From positions 1 to 55,957 of the forward strand of contig JAUIAC010000005.1 of the NCBI GenBank assembly GCA_030425545.1: DNA of 55,957 bases, given 5' to 3'. Below are positions 14,901 to 23,786 of the stretch, in pieces; the stretch's first letter is position 1, and each line of letters opens with the position of its first letter. The stretch is from a bacterium (GTDB lineage Bacteria; Myxococcota_A; UBA9042). A program made the position numbers and the translations under genes. A model generated the notes under the pieces. The model searched no databases. It had not been told where the DNA came from and was given only the letters and a program-made list of their open reading frames with translations.

Positions 14901-15578
14901 GCACGTCGCGCGCCCCAGCTGGCACTGCACCAAGCCCACGCCGCACGCGCCGACGCCCTGGCAGGCCTGGCCGACCGGCACGCCTTGGTAGCTGTGGCCC
15001 TCGTCGACGGCGCCGTCGCAGTCGTTGTCCAGACCGTCGCAGGTCTCGACCGAGGTCCAGCCCGGCACGTTCGTGTAGTCGCAGCTGAGCGTGCCGGCGC
15101 CGACCTGGCACGACGCGCTGATGTGAATCGCCTGGCCCGCGCAGACCCCGTCGCTGCTGCAGGCGTCCCGGGCCAACACGCGTGGGTCGGCGTTGGGCAC
15201 GGCGTCGTCTGCGTCGCGCTCGTCCGGCAGGCAGTCGAGGTCGGCGTCGGCCACCTGCGACTCGACCGCGTCGGGCTTGCCGTCGTTGTCGCTGTCGATG
15301 GGCGCGCTCGGGTCTGGCCCCACCTCGACGTCGTCTTGCTTGCCGTCCTCGTCGGAGTCCCGGCGGTCGGGGTGGGTCCCCACGGCGTGCTCTACGGCGT
15401 TGTCGAGACCGTCGCCGTCGTCGTCGGCGTCGGGGGCGCGGCAGCGGTTGACGTAGCAAAGTCCGCTCGCGCACTCGCTCGACGCGACGCACACGGCGCC
15501 CACCTGAGCAGCGTCACAGCCTGTCGACGCCCAGGTCAGGAACGTGAGCAGGCAGACGGTTCGTGCAGTGGTGGCCAT
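11910..15578 (-). CDS. Large lipoprotein: TSP3-like Asp-rich Ca-binding repeats, 7 MopE-like Cys repeats, Kelch-like beta-propeller C-terminal half
   Basis: Lipobox ASTG-C. DADDDGDGLDNAVE...DSDEDGKQD...DSDNDGKPD. Seven C(D/N)xxD(N/D)(D/N)CDGxxD motifs. C-terminal xxGG...W repeats (CVVGG, WVLGG, WLYG, WVWVGG, VVWGG). Confidence 0.8.
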   Translation of the reverse strand: MATTARTVCLLTFLTWASTGCDAAQVGAVCVASSECASGLCYVNRCRAPDADDDGDGLDNAVEHAVGTHPDRRDSDEDGKQDDVEVGPDPSAPIDSDNDGKPDAVESQVADADLDCLPDERDADDAVPNADPRVLARDACSSDGVCAGQAIHISASCQVGAGTLSCDYTNVPGWTSVETCDGLDNDCDGAVDEGHSYQGVPVGQACQGVGACGVGLVQCQLGRATCSSNPGGPGSQDQGEQCNGVDDDCDGETDEDFSVSGVPVGAPCLGTGECGVGKVVCGNVDAAVCSTDPEGPASEAATESCNTLDDDCDGQTDEDIGLSGTPLGGGCVGRGACGAGQVVCSVKGEPVCSTNPEGPQSKAKPEVCNGLDDNCDGATDEGFTWQGLGLGAACEGVGACGKGTIVCASGGLATCSTLPGAPGVKPLVETCDGTDDDCDGSTDEGFVWQGVTLGGACTGLGICGEGVVECNAAGGVTCSSNADGAKSEAVAETCNGVDDDCDGLTDDGVPGSGAPTCPALGVCVGGQGAPVCVAGAWSCSFAAVAGYEGPNELTCDTLDNDCDGLTDEGLPHTWADADVGLDAGGPAPRWPDTAAAAAGFGSLCVVGGLVARLDAATPAASGELWCVDPAKKRWRLLAQAPALARVSATLVAVPATVDPAGPAWWVLGGTSATGGAQGDLRVDAVSGKITPLQHTGTPGRGLAFVTDQGLVHVRLGAGSGPPVHVFSPATSAWKPMQQQPALAAGSAACQDASGQLWLYGHSPAQSGAGAKVIAPATPTPSDVGALWRLKAGVWTKRSAPPAAPGWAALHGGALLCDMAPNQLWLHGAATPKDTGYDLLSLRRYDTLSDAWSVPTVDPSPKVTRAYAARVGGSAVVAWGHGVSAPSAAVWRLEGSAWSDVPLAPPPALGRTLAKVASGWVWVGGAAVGHTLDVQASAQAWRLQGDAWARFEAPKGASKRAWPLAVHAAADELVVWGGVAALPAPATAAVGGVSLPPAPGAERFATATGTWSVVSKTQAAQLPAVRSGGLVAEATISGVRSAWVFGVPAAGGAPQLWHIATATLKTQPLWQGQGSGPSAVAGAVLQVDAAGDRLLWLGTKGGLQLWSWPLAPAKPGAPGAWTLLASDVTAPAGAVVLLGDPSIADLLVAVLPSDPSAKPALRGLQLGAKPAFSPSALPPPPWRPPVSAVWSASSQAAVLSPGPASTGLPTPGLRAWPRTCVGP

Positions 15579-15675
15579 GGGTCGCCGTGTCAGCGGGAGA
15601 ATTCAGGCTAGCGCTGGCCCCGGAGGGCAGCAAGTTGCAGCGGGCGCGGCGCAGGGCGCACCGCCCAGCAGCGGG

Positions 15676-16437
15676 TCATCGTCGCGCGCGCAGCGCGAGC
15701 CCCCCCACCAGCACGGCGGCAGCGGCCGCGATCCAAGGCCACGGCAGCTCGTCGTCCTTGGGCGCTGGGGCGTCCTCTGGCTGGACCGGGCGGCGCGGGG
15801 GCCGCGGGGGCGGCACGCGCAGCTCGGCCCGCGTCTTGGGCGGCATCAGCACCCCGGAGCGCTGCGGCCCCCCGCGCCGGTCCGCGTCGCGGACGCGCCA
15901 CAGCAGCGGGGTGGGCTGCATCGGGTCGAAGAGCCGGTACTCCACCACCACGGAGCGCGGGGAGCGGGCCCACCCCATCTCCATGAAGAGCCTGACCGTG
16001 GCGGCCGACGACGTGGTGCCCGTGGGCAGATCCACCGACGACATGCGGACCTCGGCAGGCACGCCGGCGCCGTTGACCACGTAGAGCCGGGCCCGTGCCA
16101 GCGCCGCCATGGCCTTGCGTGAGCGATGCAGCTCGGCGGCGTCGATGCGGTCGTCGCCGTTGGCGTCGGCGCCCGGAAACAGCCCGTGAGGCACCGTGCC
16201 TGTGAGCAGCACCGACGGGCCTCGGAGGCGAAACACGAGCGTGCCGCGCGGCGCGGCGAAGTGGGCAGCTGCGCCGCTCGCAGACGGGGCGCCCGCACGT
16301 GGGGCGATCGCCGGCGCGGCCTTCGCGGCTGGCGCCGTGCCGACCCGCGCGAGGACCTCGTCGCAGCCGAGCGCGGCGCCGGTCGCCAGGAGCACCGCGA
16401 CCGCGAGGGGTCTCCGCGCCGACTCCGACGTGCTCAA
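15676..16437 (-). CDS. Hypothetical envelope protein with lipobox, EF-hand-like loop and C-terminal TM anchor
   Basis: TTG start overlaps the nnr stop (TTGA). AALG-C lipobox, DANGDDRIDAAE loop, Pro-rich linker, then WPWIAAAAAVLVGGLALRARR. Confidence 0.6.
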   Translation of the reverse strand: MSTSESARRPLAVAVLLATGAALGCDEVLARVGTAPAAKAAPAIAPRAGAPSASGAAAHFAAPRGTLVFRLRGPSVLLTGTVPHGLFPGADANGDDRIDAAELHRSRKAMAALARARLYVVNGAGVPAEVRMSSVDLPTGTTSSAATVRLFMEMGWARSPRSVVVEYRLFDPMQPTPLLWRVRDADRRGGPQRSGVLMPPKTRAELRVPPPRPPRRPVQPEDAPAPKDDELPWPWIAAAAAVLVGGLALRARR

Positions 16438-17972
16438 CGCGGCCAGACGTTGGGCAGCTCGTCGACCACGTCGCTGGCGAGCGTCCCGCGGGCGCCTCGC
16501 TGGGCCTGCACCGCCGCGCCCGCGAGGTTGTGCGCCAACACCCCGGCACACGACGCCTCGAAGGGCGCGAGCCCCTGGGCGAGCAGCGCGCCGATGACGC
16601 CTGCGAGCACGTCGCCGCTGCCAGCCACGGCCAGCGCCGGGACGGGCGCGCTGCGGACCGCCCAGCGACCGTCGGGCGACACGATCAGGGTGCGCGCGCC
16701 CTTGAGCACCACCACGGCGTCGAAGCGCTCCGCTGCACGCTGGGCCGCGCCGAGTCGGTCGGCCTGGACCTCGGCCACCTCACAGCCCAACAGCCGCGCC
16801 ATCTCTCCAGGGTGCGGGGTCAGCACCAGCCGCCCCTTGGCGTTGGCCGCCAGCTCCGGCCGTCCGGCCAGCGCGGTGAGCGCGTCGGCGTCGAGCAGCA
16901 CAGGCCCTGCGCAGGCGGTACACACGCGGCCCACCAGGTCGATGTCGGGCGCGCTGGTGCCCAGCCCGGGCCCGACGGCTGCCGCGGCCTTGCCCTCGAG
17001 CAGCTTGGCGACGCGCTGCGCCTCGGCGGCGCCACCCCGCACGGCCTGCACCATGATGTCCGGGACCAGGCCCTCGATGCGGGCGCGGATCTCACCCGCC
17101 GTGGCCAGGGTCACCAGGCCGGCGCCAGCCCGCAGCCCGCTGCGCGCCGCGAGCAGCGCCGCGCCGCTCTTGCCGGCCGAGCCGGCGACCACCAGCAGGT
17201 GCCCCGCCGTGCCCTTGTGGCTCTCCGGGTCCCGCGGGCGCACCAACGCGCTCAGGTCGCCGTCCTCCAAGGCGCGGAGGATGGGGCGCTGCTGGGCGAT
17301 CCACTTGGGCGGCACGCCGATGTCCGCGACGACCAGCTCCTTCCATGCGCCGGCGCCCTCCCCGAGGAAGAGCCCAGGCTTGGCGGCGGCCAGGGTCACC
17401 ACCAGGTCCACCTGCGCCACGGCGCCCAGCGACGCGCCCGTGTCGGCGTGCACCCCACTGGGCACGTCGACGCCGACGACCAGCCCCTCATGCCGCCCGT
17501 CGAGCTGCTTGACCCACGTCGACATCGGCTCGCGCAGCGCCTGGGTCGCGCCGATGCCGAGCAGCGCGTCGACCACGACCACCGACCGAAGCAGCGACCG
17601 GTGCAGGCTCTTCAGCTCGCCGCCCTTGGGGGCCTCCGCGCTCCAGCGCGGCTTCACGCCCGACGCCACCAGCACACCGTGATGCACCAGCGCCTCGCCC
17701 TTGAGCTTGTCGCGGTCGCCGACGCCGTACACGTAGACGCGGAAGCCGCGCCAAGCGAGCTCGCGAGCGATGACGAAGCCGTCACCGCCGTTGTTGCCGG
17801 CGCCGCAGAGCACGGTCACCAGGCGGCTCTCGCCCCGCTCGCCGACACGCGCGCAGATCTCGCGCACCACGGCACGGCCGGCGGTCTCCATCAAGGTCAC
17901 GCCGGGCAGGCCCAGCTTGTCGATGGTGCGTCGGTCGAGGGTGCGGCTCTGGTCCGCGCTGAGCAGTCTCAT
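16434..17972 (-). CDS. nnr: Bifunctional NAD(P)HX epimerase/dehydratase NnrE-NnrD (YjeF)
   Basis: [68 protein letters not shown]. Confidence 0.96.
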   Translation of the reverse strand: MRLLSADQSRTLDRRTIDKLGLPGVTLMETAGRAVVREICARVGERGESRLVTVLCGAGNNGGDGFVIARELAWRGFRVYVYGVGDRDKLKGEALVHHGVLVASGVKPRWSAEAPKGGELKSLHRSLLRSVVVVDALLGIGATQALREPMSTWVKQLDGRHEGLVVGVDVPSGVHADTGASLGAVAQVDLVVTLAAAKPGLFLGEGAGAWKELVVADIGVPPKWIAQQRPILRALEDGDLSALVRPRDPESHKGTAGHLLVVAGSAGKSGAALLAARSGLRAGAGLVTLATAGEIRARIEGLVPDIMVQAVRGGAAEAQRVAKLLEGKAAAAVGPGLGTSAPDIDLVGRVCTACAGPVLLDADALTALAGRPELAANAKGRLVLTPHPGEMARLLGCEVAEVQADRLGAAQRAAERFDAVVVLKGARTLIVSPDGRWAVRSAPVPALAVAGSGDVLAGVIGALLAQGLAPFEASCAGVLAHNLAGAAVQAQRGARGTLASDVVDELPNVWPR

Positions 17973-18706
17973 CTCGTGCCCCCAGCCAGGCGCATCGCCT
18001 CGGCCATGTCACTCACCGCGCGCTCAAAGCCCACGAACACGGCCCTGCAGACGATGCTGTGACCGATGTTGAGCTCTTCCACGTGCGGCAGCGCGGCCAC
18101 GTCGGCCACGTTGCGATAGTCGATGCCGTGACCGGCCGCCACCACCAACCCCAGCCCGTGGGCCTGTTCGCAGGCGCTACGCAGCTTCTCCAGCTCACCC
18201 GCGGCGATGGCGGGCGTCGGCGCGTCACAGAAGTCGCCCGTGTGCAGCTCGATGACGCTCGCGCCGACCTCGTGGCTGGCCGCCACCTGGGCCGGATCCG
18301 GGTCGATGAAGAGCGACACCACGATGCCCGCGTCGGCCAGGCGACGGGTCGCGTCGGCGATGGCCTGGCGTCGACCGATCACGTCCAGGCCGCCTTCGGT
18401 GGTCCGCTCCTCGCGCTTCTCGGGCACCAGCGTCACCGTGTCCGGCCGGGTGCGCAGCGCGATGCCGATCATCTCCTCGGTGACGGCCATCTCCAGGTTG
18501 AGCGGGACCTGCACGGTCTGCCGCATGACCGCCACGTCGCGGTCCTGGATGTGCCGGCGGTCCTCGCGCAGGTGGATGGTGATCTGGTCCGCACCGGCCT
18601 GCTCCGCGAGCGCGGCGGCGAACACCGGGTCCGGGTAAGCGGTCCCGCGCTGTTGGCGCAGGGTCGCGACGTGGTCGACGTTCACACCGAGACGGATGGC
18701 GGGCAT
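17969..18706 (-). CDS. pdxJ: Pyridoxine 5'-phosphate synthase
   Basis: [60 protein letters not shown]. Confidence 0.98.
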   Translation of the reverse strand: MPAIRLGVNVDHVATLRQQRGTAYPDPVFAAALAEQAGADQITIHLREDRRHIQDRDVAVMRQTVQVPLNLEMAVTEEMIGIALRTRPDTVTLVPEKREERTTEGGLDVIGRRQAIADATRRLADAGIVVSLFIDPDPAQVAASHEVGASVIELHTGDFCDAPTPAIAAGELEKLRSACEQAHGLGLVVAAGHGIDYRNVADVAALPHVEELNIGHSIVCRAVFVGFERAVSDMAEAMRLAGGTR

Positions 18707-18817
18707 GGGCGGCTCCTCGTGGGGCGGCGGCCACCCCCAGGGTCTAGGCAGGGGTGAGGCGGCGGCGTTGGGCGGCGGTGCTGGGCGGAGGTACTGAGCA
18801 GCGGCTGCGGCGACCGC

Positions 18818-20185
18818 TCAGGCGCCGATGGCCTCGGTGACGGCGTCCGCGATCCGCCTCGCGTGGCCTTCGACGCTGCCTGGGTCGGCGCCCTCGACCA
18901 TCACCCGGCACTTCTTCTCGGTGCCCGAGTAGCGAATCAGCACGCGGCCCTCGCCAGCGAGCGTCTTCTCGGCCTCGGCGACGGCCTCCTGCACCGACTT
19001 GAGCTCGCTCAGCGGCGGCTTCTTGGCGACGCGCACGTTGATCAGGGTCTGCGGCGCCGGCTGCATCACCCGCGCGAGGTCGGAGAGGGGCCGCTGCTCC
19101 CGCTGCATGATCGCCAGCACGCGCAGGGCCGCCAAGGTGCCGTCGCCGGTGGTGCTGTGGTCGAGGTGCACGATGTGACCGCTCTGCTCGCCACCGAGGT
19201 TGTAGCCGCCGCGGCGCATCTCGGCGACGACGTAGCGGTCGCCCACCTGGGTCCGCTTGAGGTCGATCTTCTGCTCGCGCATGGCCATCTCGAGCCCGTA
19301 GTTGCTCATGACCGTGACGACCAGCGCGTTGCCGGCCAGGGTCCCCTCGCGCTTCATGCGGGTGGCGGTCAGCGCCAGGATCTGGTCTCCGTCGACCTGC
19401 TGGCCGCGCTCGTCGACGCAGATCAACCGGTCCGCGTCGCCGTCGAGCGCGATGCCGATGTCGCAGCCGTTCTCGAGCACCATGGCGGCGAGCTTGCGCG
19501 GGTAGAGGGCGCCGCAGCCGTCGTTGATGTTGAGACCGTTGGGCGAGACGCCGCGGGTGATGACCTCGGCGCCGAGCTCCTCGAGGACCGCGGGCGCGAT
19601 CTTGTAGGCGGCGCCGTTGGCGCAGTCGATGGCGATGCGCACGCCGTCCAACGTGAGATCGTTGGGAAAGGTGGTCTTGAGGTAGGTGATGTAGCGGCCG
19701 CGGGCGTCCTCGATGCGGTAGGCGCGGCCGATGTCGGCGCCGGTCTTGATCGCCCCGGTGATCGCGGCGTCGTCCTCGATGAAGCGCTCGATGCTCAGCT
19801 CGACCTCGTCGGGCAGCTTGTAGCCGTCGGGCCCGAAGAGCTTGATGCCGTTGTCGAAGAAGGCGTTGTGGCTGGCCGAGATCACCACGCCCACGTCGGC
19901 CCGCATGCCCTTGGTCATGAACGCGATGCCCGGGGTCGGCAGGGGGCCGAGCACATAGGGCTCCGCGCCGACGGAGCAGGCACCCGCGACCAGGGCCATC
20001 TCGAAGAGGTAGCCGCTGCGCCGCGTGTCCTTGCCGATGAGCACGCGCGGGCGCTCGTGGCGGGACTTGAACACGCTGCCGACGGCGCGCCCCACCTGAA
20101 CGGCGGTCTCGACGGTCATGATGCCGGCGTTCGCCTCGCCGCGGATTCCGTCCGTGCCGAAGTAGCGGCGCTGGTTGCTTGCCAT
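18818..20185 (-). CDS. glmM: Phosphoglucosamine mutase
   Basis: YFGTDGIRG, GKDTRRSGY, ISASHN, DGDADR, VGDRYV, GGEQSGH, RYSGTE. AGGAG RBS before ATG 20185. Confidence 0.97.
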   Translation of the reverse strand: MASNQRRYFGTDGIRGEANAGIMTVETAVQVGRAVGSVFKSRHERPRVLIGKDTRRSGYLFEMALVAGACSVGAEPYVLGPLPTPGIAFMTKGMRADVGVVISASHNAFFDNGIKLFGPDGYKLPDEVELSIERFIEDDAAITGAIKTGADIGRAYRIEDARGRYITYLKTTFPNDLTLDGVRIAIDCANGAAYKIAPAVLEELGAEVITRGVSPNGLNINDGCGALYPRKLAAMVLENGCDIGIALDGDADRLICVDERGQQVDGDQILALTATRMKREGTLAGNALVVTVMSNYGLEMAMREQKIDLKRTQVGDRYVVAEMRRGGYNLGGEQSGHIVHLDHSTTGDGTLAALRVLAIMQREQRPLSDLARVMQPAPQTLINVRVAKKPPLSELKSVQEAVAEAEKTLAGEGRVLIRYSGTEKKCRVMVEGADPGSVEGHARRIADAVTEAIGA

Positions 20186-20208
20186 GGATGCTCCTGAGGG
20201 GCGGGCTG

Positions 20209-21570
20209 TCACTCGCCGACGACGCGCAGCTTCACCGGCTTGCGTGGGACCGCGCGGCGGTCGTGCACGCGCTGCTCCAAGACGTCGAGGATAGCTGCGT
20301 TGTCGTAGTTGGCCTTGCGGATCAACTCGGTGTTGCGGCGCAGGCGGTCGAGGCTGGTGGAGATGCCGTAGCGCCCCAAGATGCTGGAGATGCGCTCGTG
20401 GTGCCGCTCCAGCGCCTCCTTGACGCTGGTGAAGCCGTGCTCTGCGGCCTCCGCGCGACGCCAGAAGGCCAGTGGGTTGAGGTTGAAGAAGGTGACGTCG
20501 GTCTCGCTCGGCTCGATCAAGATCACGTCACCCTGAAAGGACTGGTCGAGGCGCAGCTTCTCGATGCCGAGCATGAGCCGCGTGTGCAGCAGGGTGCGAA
20601 AGGCCTGGTTGAGCACCGTGACGATGCCCATGTCGCTCATGCCCCGCTGCCCGTTGAGCAGCTGGTCGGCGTGGTAGTTCACGAAGGGGCGAAAGGGGTT
20701 GTAGGCGATGATCAGCTGCGCGCCCGACTTGACCGCCTGGGACAGGTTGGCCGTCTTGCGGATCCCCGCGTCGCAGTAGTCGTGGCCGTTGATGCGCGCC
20801 GGCCGGAAGAACCCCGGGATGGCCGAGCTCGCCTGCACCGCCTCGCTGATGGTCACCGAGCAGTCCTCGTCGTGGCCAAAGACCACCGCCTCGGCCGTGT
20901 TGAGGTTGGTGGAGCCGATGTAGAGGTCCTTGTCGCGCTCGAGCTTGAGCAGACGGAAGTGGTTCGGCATGCCGTTGCGCTCGAAGTTCTCACGGATGAA
21001 GCGCTCGATGCCGCTGTTGTCGAACACGCCGCTGGGCAGGTAGCTGAGCCCCCGTTGGAGCTGGCTGCGTCGCTGAAAGGCCTGCACGACGGGCAGGACG
21101 AGCTGCTCGGCGTGGCTGTACGAGGGCGCCTCGAGGAAGCGCCGGGCCCGGTTGATCATGCGGGAGCGATCGTTGGTGAGCACGCCCGCCAGGGTCAGTG
21201 TGGTGGCGGGGACCAGGCCCACCGCGTCCTTGGCGAAGGTGAGCGGCTTGCCCACGAACTCGCGCCAGTTGGGGAGGTAGAAGTGGGTGGGGCGGAACTG
21301 GCCGATGCGACTGGAGCGGCCCTCGATGGAGCGCAGCAGCTCCTCGGGCTGGACGCCAGCGGCGAGGGGCGCGGCCAAGAAAGCGCCAGCGCTGACGCCG
21401 ACATAGGTGTCGAAGTCGCACACCGAGCGGTTGTGGAGCACCGAGTTGAGCGCGATGAGCCCGCCGATCTTGAACGCACCGCCGGAGATCGCGCCGCCCG
21501 CGAGCACGAGGGCGGTCTTGGCGTGCGGACGCCGCCGCTCGCCTCCCTTCTCCACAAAAGTGATGCCCAT
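20209..21570 (-). CDS. Patatin-like phospholipase
   Basis: LVLAGGAISGG oxyanion loop, GVSAG nucleophile elbow, ASSAIPGFF, and DAG in place of the DGG catalytic-Asp motif. Confidence 0.88.
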   Translation of the reverse strand: MGITFVEKGGERRRPHAKTALVLAGGAISGGAFKIGGLIALNSVLHNRSVCDFDTYVGVSAGAFLAAPLAAGVQPEELLRSIEGRSSRIGQFRPTHFYLPNWREFVGKPLTFAKDAVGLVPATTLTLAGVLTNDRSRMINRARRFLEAPSYSHAEQLVLPVVQAFQRRSQLQRGLSYLPSGVFDNSGIERFIRENFERNGMPNHFRLLKLERDKDLYIGSTNLNTAEAVVFGHDEDCSVTISEAVQASSAIPGFFRPARINGHDYCDAGIRKTANLSQAVKSGAQLIIAYNPFRPFVNYHADQLLNGQRGMSDMGIVTVLNQAFRTLLHTRLMLGIEKLRLDQSFQGDVILIEPSETDVTFFNLNPLAFWRRAEAAEHGFTSVKEALERHHERISSILGRYGISTSLDRLRRNTELIRKANYDNAAILDVLEQRVHDRRAVPRKPVKLRVVGE

Positions 21571-21651
21571 GCGGCCTCCCAGCGGACCGGAGTGTGGCTC
21601 AGCACCCGTGGGGGGAGCAAGGGAGGGGTTTGGCGGCGGGCCGAGCCGGCG

Positions 21652-22719
21652 TCAACGCGCTGAGATCGTGGCGACGAGCTTCTGCGCCAGACGCGAGAGC
21701 CCGGACGAGGCCGCCGCCGCCTCGTCGGGAGAGACCCAGCGCGACGCGGTGTAGCCGAGCGGGCTCAGGTCCGGTGGTTCTCGTTGGAGATCGAGCAGGT
21801 AGGGCGTCACGGTGTAGCGGCGGTGGGTCAGCGTGTGGGTGAGCGGGGGTAGCGCTGACGCGTCGTGGATCATCGGGAGGGTGCGGGCCAGCGCTGCGTG
21901 GGCGTCGGGCCCCTCGGCTGCCGGCGGCTCCCACAGCCCGGCCCACCGGCCCCGCTCGGGTCGCTGGCCGCACCACACGGCGCCGTCGCGCACCAGCAGC
22001 AGGTAGGCCGCAGCCACGGGGGTCGCCCGCTTCTTCGGCGTGCGGGTGGGGAGCTCGGCGACGCGGCCCTGGGCGAGCGCCAGGCACCATGGCGCCACCG
22101 GGCAGCGGTCGCACAGCGGGGCCTTGGGCGTGCAGACCAGCGCGCCCAGCTCCATGAGCCCCTGGTTCCACTCGCTGGGCGCGGCGCGGGCGGCGGGCAC
22201 CTGCAGCAGCGACTCGGCGCGCGCCCACAGCGCCCTCCTGCCGGCGCCGCTCGCCGGCGGGGCGTCGAGGGCGAACCAGCGGCTCAGCACTCGCGCCACG
22301 TTGCCGTCGACCAAGGCCGCGGGCTGGCCGAAGCCGATGGAGCGCACGGCGCCAAGGGTGTAAGGGCCCACGCCGGGCAGCGCGGCGAGGGCGGCAGGGT
22401 CAGCGGGCAGCTGGCCTCCGTGACGCGCCACCACCGCCTGGGCGGCCCGGTGCAGGTTGCGCGCGCGGTTGTAGTAGCCGAGCCCGGTCCAGGCTGCGCG
22501 CACCTCGTCGAGCGTGGCGGCGGCGAGGCTCGCCAGGTCCGGCCAGCGCGCCATCCAGCGGTGGAAGTAGGGCACCACCGTGTCGACTCGCGTCTGCTGC
22601 AGCATGAGCTCGGAGACGAGGGTGGCGTAGGGGTCGGGGGGCGTCTGTCGCCACGGCAGCGAGCGCTGCGCGGCGGCGAACCAGGTCAACAGGGCGTCGG
22701 CGCGGGCGGCGTCGTTCAC
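21652..22719 (-). CDS. mutY: A/G-specific adenine glycosylase
   Basis: LPWR, VSELMLQQTRV, WTGLGYYNRARNL, HhH LPGVGPYT, VDGNVARV, 4Fe-4S motif CTPKAPLCDRCPVAPWC. GTG start overlaps the upstream stop. Confidence 0.95.
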   Translation of the reverse strand: MNDAARADALLTWFAAAQRSLPWRQTPPDPYATLVSELMLQQTRVDTVVPYFHRWMARWPDLASLAAATLDEVRAAWTGLGYYNRARNLHRAAQAVVARHGGQLPADPAALAALPGVGPYTLGAVRSIGFGQPAALVDGNVARVLSRWFALDAPPASGAGRRALWARAESLLQVPAARAAPSEWNQGLMELGALVCTPKAPLCDRCPVAPWCLALAQGRVAELPTRTPKKRATPVAAAYLLLVRDGAVWCGQRPERGRWAGLWEPPAAEGPDAHAALARTLPMIHDASALPPLTHTLTHRRYTVTPYLLDLQREPPDLSPLGYTASRWVSPDEAAAASSGLSRLAQKLVATISAR

Positions 22720-23786
22720 CGCGCGCGGCCCGTGACGGTCGCCGAAGCAGCCGGGCCCCGCGGGGCCTGTGGCGGCGCGTCGGTCGCGCGCGGGGCCTCG
22801 TCTCGGCGCTTGGCCCGCGCGCCGCCGGGGACGGGGCCGACGAGGCGTGCGTCGAAGCACACCTGTCGCCACGTGGCCGACGCCGCGCTGAGCTCGAGGG
22901 TCACGGGCAGGCCGCGTTCGCGGGCCGCGAGCGGCACACGCCAGGCGTGCCAGCCAAAGTCGGCAGGCGCCAGCGTCTGCTCGTGGCGGATCGTGTCACC
23001 GACCCGCACGGCGAAGCGCACCGGGCTGCCCTCCTCATGGCGCACCGCCCACAGCCGGTTGCCGACCCGGCCAGCGACCGCCTGGGCCGCCGGGAGCTCG
23101 TCCCAGCGCACCTTGAGCACGGCGCCGTCGGGGTGGGGCTGAGCGAAGATGCAGCGGCGACGGCTGTTGCCGACCTCGTTGAGGCCGACGAAGAGGTCGC
23201 GCCACCACTCCCCGCCACAGCGCTGCTTGTCGCCCGCGGCCCGACACCGCTGCTCCTGCCCCCGCTTGGGGCCGACCCGGCGCACGTCCGCGTCGAGCAG
23301 GCGCTTCTGCAGATCGAGCACCGTCTCGGACGGCGGCAGCCGCAGCAGGCGAAGGCGCATGCCCGGCCCCAGGACCTCGGCCCGCAGCTCTGTGCCGAAG
23401 GCGGAGAGGTCGGGCTTGGCGTCGTGGGTGGTCAAGAGCCAGAGGCGCTTGTGCCCGTCGGCGTCCCAGCGGTCGAGCGGCTCCCCGGGCACCCAGGCGC
23501 TCAAGAAGTCGAGGCCCTTGCTGGCCCAGACGTGCGCGAAGCGGTGGCGCTCTGCCCCCGACCACTGGGGTGCGACCGCGAATCCGTCGCCCTTGCGCAG
23601 CTCCTTGGAGATGATCTCGGCGGCCAGGGCCATGGGCGCGCCCGCCGGCGTCGCCGCTCGCCGCGCCGCGCGTCGCACGTAGAAGAACGCAGCTGCAGCG
23701 ACGACGAGGCCCACGAGCAGCCAGGCACGGGCCCGCGCGAAGGCTGCTGGGGCCTGGCGGGGAGCTGTGGGTGGCGGTGCGTTCAT
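22716..23786 (-). CDS. Single-TM membrane protein with periplasmic alpha/beta and beta-sandwich (carbohydrate-binding-like) domains
   Basis: ATG 23786 overlaps the upstream stop. TM WLLVGLVVAAAAFFYV; RRCIFAQPHP...SPVRFAVRVGD...W...QVCFDA beta-sandwich pattern. Confidence 0.6.
   Translation of the reverse strand: MNAPPPTAPRQAPAAFARARAWLLVGLVVAAAAFFYVRRAARRAATPAGAPMALAAEIISKELRKGDGFAVAPQWSGAERHRFAHVWASKGLDFLSAWVPGEPLDRWDADGHKRLWLLTTHDAKPDLSAFGTELRAEVLGPGMRLRLLRLPPSETVLDLQKRLLDADVRRVGPKRGQEQRCRAAGDKQRCGGEWWRDLFVGLNEVGNSRRRCIFAQPHPDGAVLKVRWDELPAAQAVAGRVGNRLWAVRHEEGSPVRFAVRVGDTIRHEQTLAPADFGWHAWRVPLAARERGLPVTLELSAASATWRQVCFDARLVGPVPGGARAKRRDEAPRATDAPPQAPRGPAASATVTGRAR

Noticed and set aside
20209-21570. 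Patatin as a CBASS or other anti-phage effector
   Set aside because: No CD-NTase or defence genes nearby; it sits among housekeeping genes with native codon usage.
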